Shown here: positions 18,675-29,000 of the stretch, piece after piece | Layout of the letters: every line of letters starts with the position of its first letter | Numbering within the stretch: the first letter of the stretch is position 1 | Assembly: GCA_046290465.1 (NCBI GenBank) | Contig: JBKAGP010000001.1 | Coordinates: 3,744,001 to 3,808,000 of the forward strand | Direction of reading: 5' to 3' | Source: Planctomycetota bacterium | GTDB taxonomy: Bacteria; Planctomycetota; UBA1135; UBA2386 | DNA: 64,000 nucleotides | Notes under the pieces: model-generated | Databases searched by the model: none | Seen by the model: the letters and a program-made list of their open reading frames with translations, nothing else | Told to the model about the DNA's origin: nothing | Position numbers and translations under genes: made by a program

Positions 18675-19787
18675 CTTAAAGTGCTTCGCGCACCACTTCC
18701 GCCATTCCTCGTCGAACGCCGCCGGCTCCAACTCGTACACCTCCCCCAGCGCCGCCACCTGCCGCGACCGTGTCGGCTTGCCGAGCACCATCCCGAGGAA
18801 CTCGGCGAACCTCGCGCGGTCCTGCAGCATCCACTCGACCCGGGCCCACGACTGCACGTGGCCGTAGTAGCCGAGGTCCGTGGTGCGCGTCAGCTTCTCG
18901 AACGGGATCACCAGCCCTTCGAACTTCACGCGCTTGCGGATCTTCTGGTCCCACTCGTACTGCGTCGCGGGATCTACGCTCTCGTCCGCGCGCACGCCGC
19001 AGTTGATCATGTTGCACGGCACCATGCGCTCGTACACGTGGCCGAGCCCGTACTGCAGCCACAGCGGCCCACCGCCCGCGGCATCCATGAACATCTGCAT
19101 GATGAAGTAGCGGAACTGCGCGTGCGTCGTCTCCGACTCGCGCGGGCCGTCGTCGCCCTCCGCCGTCATCACCAGCGACAGGTGGCCGGTGCCGAAGTGC
19201 GTGTGCCGCTGCGACTGCTGGCTCTCACGCCCGCAGAACGACTTGAAGTAGCGCACCAGGTCCGACTTCTTCTCGAACAGCACCAGCAGGAACTTCTGCT
19301 TCTCGCCGAGACGCTTGCCCTCCTTGGGCCGGCCGGCGAGGTCGGCGAACTCGTCGTACAATTCCTCTGCCCGCTGCGCATACAGGTGCATGCGCAGCCA
19401 CGGATCGAGCTTGCTGGTGCTCGACGGGATCTTCTTGCACTTCTTGTTGAGGCGCTTCAGCTCGCCCTTCAGCAGCCGCCGCGCCTTCGAGTCCTTCGGC
19501 GCACCCGAGAACCCGAGGTTGCTGCCGATCTTGAAGTGCTCGGTCTCCATCCACAGCACGCGCCCCTCGCCCAGCACCTTCTCGATGTCGGTGGTCCGCT
19601 TGTTGTCCGCCCAGACCAGCGGGCCGTACTCGACCACGCCGAGCCTGGCCATCGCCTTCGGGTCCTTGTCGGTGAACTTGTCCTCGAGGCCGACCTTGGC
19701 GAGAGCGCTGCTGCCCTTCTTCTTCTGGGCAGGAGCAGCTACGGCGACGGCGAGCGCGAGCGCCGACAGCAGTGCGACACGGATCAT
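18672..19787 (-). CDS. Secreted hypothetical protein
   Basis: Signal peptide MIRVALLSALALAVAVAAPAQ; strong codon bias. Confidence 0.75.
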   Translation of the reverse strand: MIRVALLSALALAVAVAAPAQKKKGSSALAKVGLEDKFTDKDPKAMARLGVVEYGPLVWADNKRTTDIEKVLGEGRVLWMETEHFKIGSNLGFSGAPKDSKARRLLKGELKRLNKKCKKIPSSTSKLDPWLRMHLYAQRAEELYDEFADLAGRPKEGKRLGEKQKFLLVLFEKKSDLVRYFKSFCGRESQQSQRHTHFGTGHLSLVMTAEGDDGPRESETTHAQFRYFIMQMFMDAAGGGPLWLQYGLGHVYERMVPCNMINCGVRADESVDPATQYEWDQKIRKRVKFEGLVIPFEKLTRTTDLGYYGHVQSWARVEWMLQDRARFAEFLGMVLGKPTRSRQVAALGEVYELEPAAFDEEWRKWCAKHFK

Positions 19788-20020
19788 GGGCGAAACGGGG
19801 AGGGCAGAGGGGTGGCGCCGACTCTAGTGAACGGTCGCGCCCGTGTAACGTCCCGAGCCCCAGATCGCCGGCTGCAGGAGCGTTGGCGCCAGGATGCGGG
19901 CGCGGCCGCAAGTCGGGCCGCGCCCGTATCGTCATCGCTCGAACGCAGATACTGCCCGAGGCCCTCTCGGTAGTTCGCCGGAGCGTCGCCGCGCGGCACG
20001 GCATTTGGTTGCGCCGCGGC

Positions 20021-21622
20021 ATGCTCATCGATCCCCGCGTCGATCGGCGCGACCGTCGCGACGATCCCGAGGCCTGGACCGCGCGTTCGACGCGTGGCGT
20101 CGTCGCGTGCGCGCACTACCACGCCGCCGAGATCGGCGCGTCGCTGCTGGCCGCCGGCGGCAGCGCGGCGGACGCCGCGGTCGGTGCCGCGCTGGCGCTC
20201 AACGTCTGCGAACCGGCCGCTTCGGGGATCGGCGGCATGGCGATGATCGTCGGCGCCGGCTTCGGCGGCGGCGAGCCGTTCTTCCTCGACGGAGCGTGCA
20301 CGGCCCCGGAGGCCGCGACCGCAGAACTGGTGCGCCAGTCGCACCGCTACCGCGGCCACCGTGCCGTCGCCGTGCCCGGTGCGCCCGCCGCGCTGGCCGC
20401 GCTGCACCAGCGGTTCGGTCGCCTCGACCTGCGCGAGGTCGCGGCCCCGGCGGTCGCGCTCGCTCGCCAGGGCCACCGCCTGACGGCGATGCAGCAGCAG
20501 CTCGGCGTCACCTACCGCAGCGCCGTGCGGCGCGGCAACGCCACCCACCTGATCGAGGGCCCGGACGCGTCGCCGTGGGAGATCGGCGACCTGATCCGCC
20601 AGCCGGCCCTCGCCGACACGATCGAACGGCTGGGCCGAGACGGCCTGATGAGCTTCTACCGCGGCGAGATGGCGGCCGCGATCGACGCCGACATGCGCGC
20701 CCACGATGGCTTCCTGTCGGCCGCCGACCTCGATCGGGTGCAACCACCGGAGCCCCAGGCTCCGATCGAGGTCGCGTTCGGAAGCCGGCGCCTGTTCACG
20801 TCGGGACCGCCGGCCGGCGGCATCAACCTGGCGCGACTCGCCCAGATGACGACCGCGCTCGGCTGGCTGCCCGACCCGCGCCGCGCCCGCCACCTGGGCC
20901 TGATCGGCGCGATGATCCAGCGCACCCGGCAGGACCGTCGCCGCCACCGGCTGACGATCGGCGCCCGTGACGTGCACCTCGCCGGCGAACTGCTCGAACT
21001 GCGGTCGGCCGAGCTGGCCGTCGCCGACCTGCTGCGCACCCACGGCCCCGAGACCGGCGAGACCAGCCACCTGTGCGCGATGGACGCCGACGGCGGCGTC
21101 GTCTCGATGACCGTGTCGATCGAGCGCAGCTTCGGCTCGGCGCGCATGCACCCGGAGCTCGGCTTCCTCTACAACGGCTACCTGCGCGGCTTCAAGGTCG
21201 AGAACCAGCGGCACCCCCACTACCTGCGGCCCGGCGTCCCAGCCCGCTCCAACGCGGCGCCGACGATCCTGCTGGATCCGTCCGGGGATGCGATCGCGAT
21301 CGGTTCGACCGGCTCCGAGCGGATGACGTCGGGAATCTTCACGACGCTGCTGCGGCTCGAGCGCGAGACGCCGTTCGAGGCGGTCGCGGCACCCCGCATC
21401 CACTGCACGCCCGAAGGACGCATGCTCGCCGAGATCGACCGCCTGCCGGAGACCAGCCGACGCCACCTGCGCAACCTGTTCCGGGTCACGCCGGCAGATC
21501 CGTGGGCGTTCTCGTTCGGTGGCCTGCAGCTCGCGGTCCGCCGCGGCGGCGAGTTCCTCGGCGTCGGCGAACCGCGCCGCGATGGCGGCGCCGCCGGCCC
21601 GGAAGGAGCCGGTCCGTCATGA
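20021..21622 (+). CDS. ggt: Gamma-glutamyltransferase family protein
   Basis: GGSAADAAV, EPAASGIGG, AVPG, QPALADT, FYRG and the autocatalytic ETSH. Confidence 0.85.
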   Translation: MLIDPRVDRRDRRDDPEAWTARSTRGVVACAHYHAAEIGASLLAAGGSAADAAVGAALALNVCEPAASGIGGMAMIVGAGFGGGEPFFLDGACTAPEAATAELVRQSHRYRGHRAVAVPGAPAALAALHQRFGRLDLREVAAPAVALARQGHRLTAMQQQLGVTYRSAVRRGNATHLIEGPDASPWEIGDLIRQPALADTIERLGRDGLMSFYRGEMAAAIDADMRAHDGFLSAADLDRVQPPEPQAPIEVAFGSRRLFTSGPPAGGINLARLAQMTTALGWLPDPRRARHLGLIGAMIQRTRQDRRRHRLTIGARDVHLAGELLELRSAELAVADLLRTHGPETGETSHLCAMDADGGVVSMTVSIERSFGSARMHPELGFLYNGYLRGFKVENQRHPHYLRPGVPARSNAAPTILLDPSGDAIAIGSTGSERMTSGIFTTLLRLERETPFEAVAAPRIHCTPEGRMLAEIDRLPETSRRHLRNLFRVTPADPWAFSFGGLQLAVRRGGEFLGVGEPRRDGGAAGPEGAGPS

Positions 21623-22404
21623 CCGAGCAACCCGCCCCGAGCTCGCGCCTGGAGACGTTCGTGCCGGTCGCGCTGGTCGCGCTCGGCTGCGGCGTGATGA
21701 TCGCGCGCAGCTGGCCCGGGCCGCTGTCCGACTGGCTCGAGGACCAGATCTCGTTCCACAAGCTCAAGGAACACTCCCAGCAGCACGTCGACGACCTGCT
21801 GCTGGTGCCGCTCGCCGCGGTGCTGGTGGTGCTCTGCCGCGTCGGCCTCGGCCTGCGCATGCTGGGGCCGTTCCGGCCGGTCCTGATCGGGCTGGCCTTC
21901 TACCAGACCGGCGTGCTCGCCGGCACCGCGTTCCTGGTGTCGGTGATGCTGCTGGTCGTGGTGCTGCGGCCGCGGCTCGGGCGCGGAATGCTGCCGTACT
22001 TCGGCCGCCTGTCGCTGCTGCTGTGCGCCGTCGTGGTGCTCGAACTGGTCGCGCTGATGCTCGGCGCCGCGCTGCGCCTCGAGACCCTGCTCGACGCCGC
22101 GGTGTTCCCGATCGTCGTGCTATGCCTGTCGGCGGACGGGTTTGCGCGGGTCGTCACCGAGGAGGGGCCGGCAGCCGCGGCGATGCGCGGCGTCGTCACG
22201 GTCTGCCTGGCAGCGGTGATCTCGGCCCTCGGCTACATCGAGCCGCTGGCGCAGTTCCTGTTCGACTACCCGGAGTTCGTGCTGGTCGAGATCGCGCTGG
22301 TGATCTGGATCTCGGCGAAGTGCCGCTGGGGTCTGCTCGAACGGTGGAACTTCCGGTCGCGCCCGCCCGACCCGGGTACGCCAGTTGCTCCGCCGGAGGC
22401 GTGA
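21619..22404 (+). CDS. 7TM domain protein (7TM_transglut-like)
   Basis: LLLVPLAAVLVVLCRVGLGLRMLGPFRPVLIGLAF and FPIVVL...EEG...YPE; ATGA overlap with ggt. Confidence 0.7.
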   Translation: MTEQPAPSSRLETFVPVALVALGCGVMIARSWPGPLSDWLEDQISFHKLKEHSQQHVDDLLLVPLAAVLVVLCRVGLGLRMLGPFRPVLIGLAFYQTGVLAGTAFLVSVMLLVVVLRPRLGRGMLPYFGRLSLLLCAVVVLELVALMLGAALRLETLLDAAVFPIVVLCLSADGFARVVTEEGPAAAAMRGVVTVCLAAVISALGYIEPLAQFLFDYPEFVLVEIALVIWISAKCRWGLLERWNFRSRPPDPGTPVAPPEA

Positions 22405-23531
22405 ACCACCAATCGGTGCCTGGGCGTCTGATCGCCCCGATCCTCGCCGCCCTGCTGACGGCCGGCCTGGCCCTGAGCCAGCAGGCCGCGTGGCAGCGAC
22501 CGTTTGCCGAGGGCAGCGACACGATCCAGAAGCTGCTGCTCCAGTTCGACCCGGAGGCCGCCGAGGACTGGCTGCCGGCCTGCCGCGACCTGCTGGTCGC
22601 GCTGCCGGCCGACGTCCAGGTCGAGATCGCCGTGGCCGACCTCGAGGACGCGGTCGAGCTGCGGCGGCTGCTGAATGGCGCGACCGGGATCCGGCCGACG
22701 ATCCACATCGTCGACACCACGCCCACGTGCTGGACGCGGGACCGGCTGCTGGTCATCGGCGGCGACCGCGAACCGACCTTCTGGCTGCCGCGCGCGGACA
22801 CCATGGAGGAGCCGTACGTGTTCGACGTGGTGGCGGCGACCGCGATCGCCGAGCTCAGCAACACCCCGCGCCGCAGCAGCGGGCTGGTGCTCGAGGGCGG
22901 CGACCTGCTGTGCTCGGCCGGCGCGACCTTCGTCAGCGTCGAGACCGTGCGCCGCAACGCGCACCAGTTTCGCGAGGAGCAGTTCTGCGAGATCCTGCGC
23001 TCGGTCGTCGGCGGTCGGGTCGTCGTGCTCGGCGGCGACGAAGTGCCGCACGAACACCTCGACATGTACGTGACCCTGCTCGGCCCGAAGCTGGCCCTGG
23101 TCGGCGATCCGCAGTGCGGCCACGAACTGCTGCAGCACGACCGCGCCGCCGCCGGCACGGTGATCCCCGACTTCGACGTGTGGACCGCCGATGCCGCCGA
23201 CCGCGCCGCGGAGCACTACGAGACCGTCGCCCGCCAGCTGCAGGCCCACGGCATCGGCGTGCGTCGCCTGCCGATCGTGCACGGCGCCGACGGCCGGCTG
23301 CTGACCTGGAACAACGCGCTGGTCGAGCGGCGCGGGTTCCGTCGCCGCGTCTACCTGCCGAGCTACGGCCTCGAGCACCTGCAGCTCGCCGCGACCCGTG
23401 TCTACACGCAGCTCGGCTGCGACGTGCTGCCGATCCGCGCGGCCGGGCTGGCGGAGAACGGCGGCACCGTTCGCTGCATCACCAACGTCGTGCGCTGGCA
23501 CCGACCGACGCTGGCGGCGCCAACCCGATGA
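22401..23531 (+). CDS. Exported amidinotransferase / agmatine or peptidylarginine deiminase family protein
   Basis: WTRD, LEGGD, EHLDMY and GGTVRCIT (catalytic Cys); GTGA overlap with the upstream gene. Confidence 0.75.
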   Translation: MNHQSVPGRLIAPILAALLTAGLALSQQAAWQRPFAEGSDTIQKLLLQFDPEAAEDWLPACRDLLVALPADVQVEIAVADLEDAVELRRLLNGATGIRPTIHIVDTTPTCWTRDRLLVIGGDREPTFWLPRADTMEEPYVFDVVAATAIAELSNTPRRSSGLVLEGGDLLCSAGATFVSVETVRRNAHQFREEQFCEILRSVVGGRVVVLGGDEVPHEHLDMYVTLLGPKLALVGDPQCGHELLQHDRAAAGTVIPDFDVWTADAADRAAEHYETVARQLQAHGIGVRRLPIVHGADGRLLTWNNALVERRGFRRRVYLPSYGLEHLQLAATRVYTQLGCDVLPIRAAGLAENGGTVRCITNVVRWHRPTLAAPTR

Positions 23532-23564
23532 GAGCCGGCCCGCCGCTGGCCAAGGGCGCCGCGG

Positions 23565-25442
23565 CTAGAGGCCCTGGCCGATCGCGGTGCGCGCCGCGTC
23601 GCTGCTGACGATGCCGAGGTTGTTGGCCGGCAGGTCGACCGCGAAGAACTGCGTCGTCAGCTCGTAGCCGATCGCAGCCGGCACGCCCGGCAGCGTCAGC
23701 GCGACGGACGCGAAGCCCTCGGTGTCGGTCAGCACCGGGTAGGTGATCGCCAGGTCGGCGTAGGCGAAGCAGCCCGGAGCCCCGAGCGCGGCCAGCGAAA
23801 ACGGCGTCGAGAACCCGGTGAAGCCGAGCCCCATCATGCCGAGCGCGGTCGCCGGGCCGTAGGTCTCGTAGTGCACGGTGCCGCCGATGCGCGCGTCGCC
23901 GTAGGCGAACTGCTGCATGCCGCCACAGCCGGTGCCGAAGGTCTCGACGCTGCCCTGCAGGAAGCAGACCGGTTGCGCCCACGGCTCCCCCTGCGTCGTG
24001 ACCGTGCTGCCGAGCTGGTTGCCGGCCGCGTCGAACGTGCGCACGTCGTCGTCGTCGATGACCAGGATGCGGTCCGAGCTGGCCTGCACGTGCTGCACGC
24101 CGTAGCCGACCTGGATCGGCTGGCCGAGCTGGTTGGCGTCGCGGTCGTAGATCGTGACGGTCGAGAAGTCGTCGACGATGGTGAAGAACTGCGCGAACAG
24201 CAGCACGTCGTACTCCTCGACGTAGGTGACCGGGATCGCGTTGCCGACCTGGTTGCCGTTCAGGTCGAAGCAGCGCACCTGGTCGGTGTCGGTGATCAGG
24301 ATCCGATCGCCCGCGATGCGCACCTTCTGCGTGTCCCAGCCACTCTTGACGACGTCGCCACCCTGCTGGGCGCCGGTCTTGTCGAAGATCCGCGTGCGGT
24401 CCTGGTCGACGACCACGATCGCGTCGTCGGACACCGTCACGATCTGCGCATCGCTACCGGTCTTGGCGATCGGCGCGCCCTGCACGAGCATGTCCTTGTC
24501 GAAGATCTCGGTGCGGTTGTCGTCGGTGATGACGATCCGGTCCTTGCTGGTCGCGACGCGCTGGCGGTTGCTGCCAGTGTTGGTGACCGGCGCGCCGACC
24601 GCGCCGCCGTCCCGATCGAACACGCGCACCCGGTCGTCGTCGATGACGATCACGCGGTCCCCGCACACCATGACCTGCTGCCGGTTGCTGCCGGTCTTGG
24701 TGATCGGCGCGCCCTTGGCGGCACCGTCCTTGTCGAAGATGCGCACGCGGTCGTCGTCGACGACGATCACGCGGTCGCCGTCGACCTTGACCTGCTGGCG
24801 GTTCTGGCCGGTGCGGGTGATGGTCGCCCCCTTCTGCAGACCGTCCTTGTCGAAGATCTTCACCGAGTCGTCGTCGAGCACGACGATGCGATCGTCGCTG
24901 GTGAACACGACCTGACGGTAGGTGCCGCTCTTCGGGATCGACGCGCCGATCTGCACGCCGTCCTTGTCGAAGATGCGCACCTCTCCGTCGTCGATGACCA
25001 CCACGCGGGTCGCGCCGACCACGACGCTCTGCGTCTGGCTGCCGGTCTTCAGGATCGCGGCGCCCTGCTGGTTGCCGTCGAGGTCGAAGATGCGCACCTG
25101 GTTGTAGTCGATGGCCACGACCCGGTCCTCGCCGAACGCGACCGACTGGTAGGCGCCGATCGTGGCGATCAGGCTGCCGTACTGGGTGCCGTCGCGGCCG
25201 AGGATGCGCGTGCCCGCCTGGTCGGTGACGATCAGGCGCGGCCCGACCGGCTGCACGGTGGCGTTGGGGAACTGCCCGGTCGCCAGGTAGAACGTCTGCG
25301 CGCCCTGCGCGTCGACCATGCGCACGCCGCTGTCGTCGGTGATCACGTAGCCGCCGCAGGTGGTCGGCATCTGGGCGTGCAGCGAAGCGGCGGCGACGGC
25401 GGTCGCGGCGAACAGGCGGAAGGAGGTCGTGATGGCGTTCAT
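23565..25442 (-). CDS. Secreted protein with about 12 tandem ~38-aa beta repeats
   Basis: Signal peptide; QxVxVxxDRIVVxDDDxVRIFDKDGxxxGAxIxKxG repeats. Confidence 0.8.
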   Translation of the reverse strand: MNAITTSFRLFAATAVAAASLHAQMPTTCGGYVITDDSGVRMVDAQGAQTFYLATGQFPNATVQPVGPRLIVTDQAGTRILGRDGTQYGSLIATIGAYQSVAFGEDRVVAIDYNQVRIFDLDGNQQGAAILKTGSQTQSVVVGATRVVVIDDGEVRIFDKDGVQIGASIPKSGTYRQVVFTSDDRIVVLDDDSVKIFDKDGLQKGATITRTGQNRQQVKVDGDRVIVVDDDRVRIFDKDGAAKGAPITKTGSNRQQVMVCGDRVIVIDDDRVRVFDRDGGAVGAPVTNTGSNRQRVATSKDRIVITDDNRTEIFDKDMLVQGAPIAKTGSDAQIVTVSDDAIVVVDQDRTRIFDKTGAQQGGDVVKSGWDTQKVRIAGDRILITDTDQVRCFDLNGNQVGNAIPVTYVEEYDVLLFAQFFTIVDDFSTVTIYDRDANQLGQPIQVGYGVQHVQASSDRILVIDDDDVRTFDAAGNQLGSTVTTQGEPWAQPVCFLQGSVETFGTGCGGMQQFAYGDARIGGTVHYETYGPATALGMMGLGFTGFSTPFSLAALGAPGCFAYADLAITYPVLTDTEGFASVALTLPGVPAAIGYELTTQFFAVDLPANNLGIVSSDAARTAIGQGL

Positions 25443-25631
25443 GGCTGGTCTCTCGTCTCGTGGTCTCGTCGCCCCACCCTCGGGGCTTGCCTGCATGGCG
25501 CGACCGAGGCCCCGCGACCGCCGCCTTTCGCGCCAAAAACCGCGCGCGAATCAGACTTCGCGGTTTTCCCGGATCGGCTGCAACGCACCGGGCCCGCCGA
25601 TCGTCGTTGCGGGTTCTGCTACAACCGTCGC

Positions 25632-26063
25632 ATGGTCTTCGCAGAAGCCCGCGCGCTCGGACGCCGCCGCGCCCTGATCCCGGAATGGTCGGTCCCGATC
25701 GATCCCGGCCCGTCCGACGACGGGGACGGCGGCATGACGCTGCGCGAACTGATCGAGCGGATCGTGCGCGCCGAGGTCGGCGCCTTCGAGCGCCGGCAGC
25801 AGGCGCGCAAGTTCGTGCGCACGTTGTCCGAGCAGGAGATCGAGGCGGGCAGGGAGAAGGGCCGCATCGACCCCGGTGGCCGCGACCTCGAACAGACCGT
25901 CGACGTCGAGCAGGCGATCGGGACCGCCCTGCAGGCGTTCGAGGACGGCCTCTACATGGTCGTGCTCGACGGCGTCGAGCAGCGCACGCTCGACCGACAG
26001 GTGTTCGTCACCGACGAGAGCCGCGTCGTGTTCCTGCGGTTGACCTTCCTTGCAGGCGGCTGA
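25632..26063 (+). CDS. Small protein ending in LAGG (ubiquitin/MoaD-like C-terminus)
   Basis: YMVVLDGVEQRTLDRQVFVTDESRVVFLRLTFLAGG*; lies 24 bp upstream of the DUF4132 gene. Confidence 0.7.
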   Translation: MVFAEARALGRRRALIPEWSVPIDPGPSDDGDGGMTLRELIERIVRAEVGAFERRQQARKFVRTLSEQEIEAGREKGRIDPGGRDLEQTVDVEQAIGTALQAFEDGLYMVVLDGVEQRTLDRQVFVTDESRVVFLRLTFLAGG

Positions 26064-26087
26064 GCGCGACGGGTAGAACTGTTCGCC

Positions 26088-29000
26088 ATGGATGCGAAGA
26101 AGGTCGAACAGGAGCTGGAGGACGCTCGGCGCCGCCCGCTGGGCAAGCGGCTGAAGCCGGTGTTGACGCTGCCGGGCGAGCTGCGCAAGGTCGTCGACAA
26201 CGCGAGCAAGAAGCGCTGGGCCTACCACGCGCGTCGCGCCATCGAGGTGCAGGCCAAGATCGTTCGCAAGCACTTCGCCGGCATCACCGACGCCAGACGC
26301 AGCAAGCTGATCCGCAGCCTGCTGCCCAACTTCGCCGACGCGGCCGAACAGGCATGGTCGACCCTGGCCCGCCGGCCCTACCAGGACGAAGGCACCCGCA
26401 AGCCGTTCCGCGCGCCCGCTGGTTCAGAAGAGCTCGACGTGCGCCGCGGCTCGTGGCTGCTCGAGCAGTCCGCCAAGTTCGGCGACCTGGATCGCGACAT
26501 CATCTGGCTCGCCAAGTGGGCCGCGCACATCTCGTCCTACGGCGAGGCCACCGAGATCGGTTGGCTGCTGGCCGGCGCGCTCGACCGCGGCGACGCGGCC
26601 TCCGACGAGGTCTTCGAGATCCTGAAGGACTCGGCGAGCGGCGAACACGAGATCGGTGCGATGGGACGCCACGTCACCCAGGCGATGATGTCGTGCGGCC
26701 GCGAGGACGCCTGGGAGTTCAACGAGAAGCTGCTGCTGGCCGCGCAGCGGCAGGAAGGCCTGCGCCAGACGATCCTGGAGTCGATCGACGAGAGCCACCC
26801 CGAGGCGTTCCGCCGCATGCTGCGGCTGATCCTCGAGCACGACCTGGCGCGGTTCTCGTCGGTCGTGCGCGCGTTCGACACGTGGTTCGGATTCATGTGG
26901 GACGGCTCCAGCGGCATCAAGGTCAACGAGGTGCTCGAGAAGGTGCTGCGCTGCTTCGACGACGACGCGCAGCGCGACCGGGCGCTCGCCGGCGACGACC
27001 CCGAAACCGCCTACCTCGCGCTGTGGACACTCGCGTTCGAAGACGTCGAGTCGGCGGTCGCGCCCGCCGCGCGGCTGCTCGAGCACGAGTCGGCCGAGAT
27101 GCGCTTCGTCGCGATGCACCTGCTGGCGCAGACCCAGTGGACGACCGCGGTCGCGCACGCACCGCGCATGCTCGCCGACGACGACCTGCGGGTCGCGGCC
27201 CGCGCATTCCTGTGCGTCGCCGAGACCGAGCCCAGCCACGAGACGTTCGCCGCGCTCGAGCCGCTGCTGGGTCGCTTCCGGCGCAAGAGCGTCAAGCTGC
27301 CGAGCATCGTGTGGCCGTGGTGGGAGATGAAGATCGAGCGCACGGAGATCGCCGACCAGCTGATCCGCCACGGCAAGGGCATGCCGCAGAGCCGGTTGAT
27401 GCCGTACGTCAACGACCTCGATTCGTGGGATCGCGCGGGGTTCGTGCGTGAGGCAGCCGGCCTCGACCGCTGGGCCCAAGGCGACGCCATGCGCAAGCCG
27501 AAGGTCCTGACCGGCGGCACCTACGAGCTCGCCGTCGCGCTGATCGGGGACGCGTCGCCCGACGCGCGCAAGGCGGCCTTCGCGTCCCTGGCGAGCACCG
27601 AGGTGCAGGCCGCGGAGCGGGACCACCTGGTCGAGTTGCTCCGGCGCAAGGCCAGCGACCTGCGCAGCGGCGTGCTCGCGCGCCTTACCAGGCTCGACGA
27701 CGACGAACTGCTCGCGACGGCGGCGACGCTGATGCGCAACAAGGACGCGATGCGTCGGCTCGCCGGCCTCGAGCTGGTCCGGGACGCGGTCGAGAAGGAC
27801 CGCTGCACCGAGCAGGCGCGCGCGCTGGCGCGCGACGTGTTCGCGCAGCGCGAACCGACCGACGGCGAACGCGCCCACCTCGACACGATCCTCGGCGATC
27901 GCACGGAGGTCGCCTCGCGCGACGACTGCCTGGGCCTGATCGACGGCGGTGCGCGGATGCAGTGGCAGCGACCCTCCGCGAAGGCGCCGACCGATCGGAC
28001 CAAGGCCGCCCGCGCCGCGCTCGAATCGCTGGCGCAGCTCGTGCTGGACCATGGCGACACCGAGATCGTCGACCTGTTCGGCGATCGCACGACGCTGCTC
28101 GACGCCGGCCGCCGCATCGGCGACCCGGGCAACCGCGAGCTCGCCGAACAGCGCGAGGGCAAGCTGCCGCTCGTCGACGTCTGGCAGCAATGGCAGCGTG
28201 GTCGCGGCACCGAGCTGCGCGACCAGGACGGTCTCGAGCTCGTCCGGGCCTGGGTCGCGGACGACGCGAGCAAGATCTGGGGTGGGCCGACCGCGCGCAA
28301 GCTGGCCGGGTCCGAGGCCTGGAGCAGCGGCCGACAGCTGCTCTCGTGCCTGCTCGAGTGGGCCATCTTCTGGCAGCGCCCCGAGGGCGCCTTCGCCCAC
28401 TTCGTCGACGGCATCGCGCACGAACTCGGCAGGCTGACCAGGGGGCAGCTTCGCACGCTCGCCGACCAGGGCCATCACTGCGTCTGGAACAGCGAGAAAC
28501 CACACGACCGGATCGTCGACCGTGCATCGCACCTCCAGCAGCGCTACCGCAGGCTGCAAGACCTGCTCCCCAGCCAGGTGGACGAGGCCACGGCGCGTCG
28601 CGCCTATGCGACCCTGCGCTGGTTCCAGCTCGAGACCGGATCCCGCAGCCGGCTCGGGCCGAACCTCCGTGAGTTCCGCGCCGCCGCCGACGCCGGCCTG
28701 TTCGACGATCCCACGGCCGAACTGACCCAGCTGCTGATCGGTCCGGCGGCCGACCGCGACCTGCTCAGTCAGTGCACCGGCCACAAGCCGTGCAAGGAGT
28801 TCGCCGACCATGCCACGTTCGCGACGACGATCCAGCGCATCCGCGAGCGCCTGGTCGAGGTCGAGACCCGGCGCGGCGACCGCACGACCGCCGCATCCGC
28901 CCTGACCATCGGCCTGCGCCACACCGGCGGCCTCGACACGCTCGGCGCGGCCATGAAGGCGCTCGGCAGCACGAAGTTCGCGCGCAGCTACAGCTGGTGG

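Noticed and set aside
25632..26063. GG-ending protein as MoaD belonging with moaA
   Set aside because: It is 143 aa, longer than a typical MoaD, lies 19 kb from moaA and is tightly linked to the DUF4132 gene instead.
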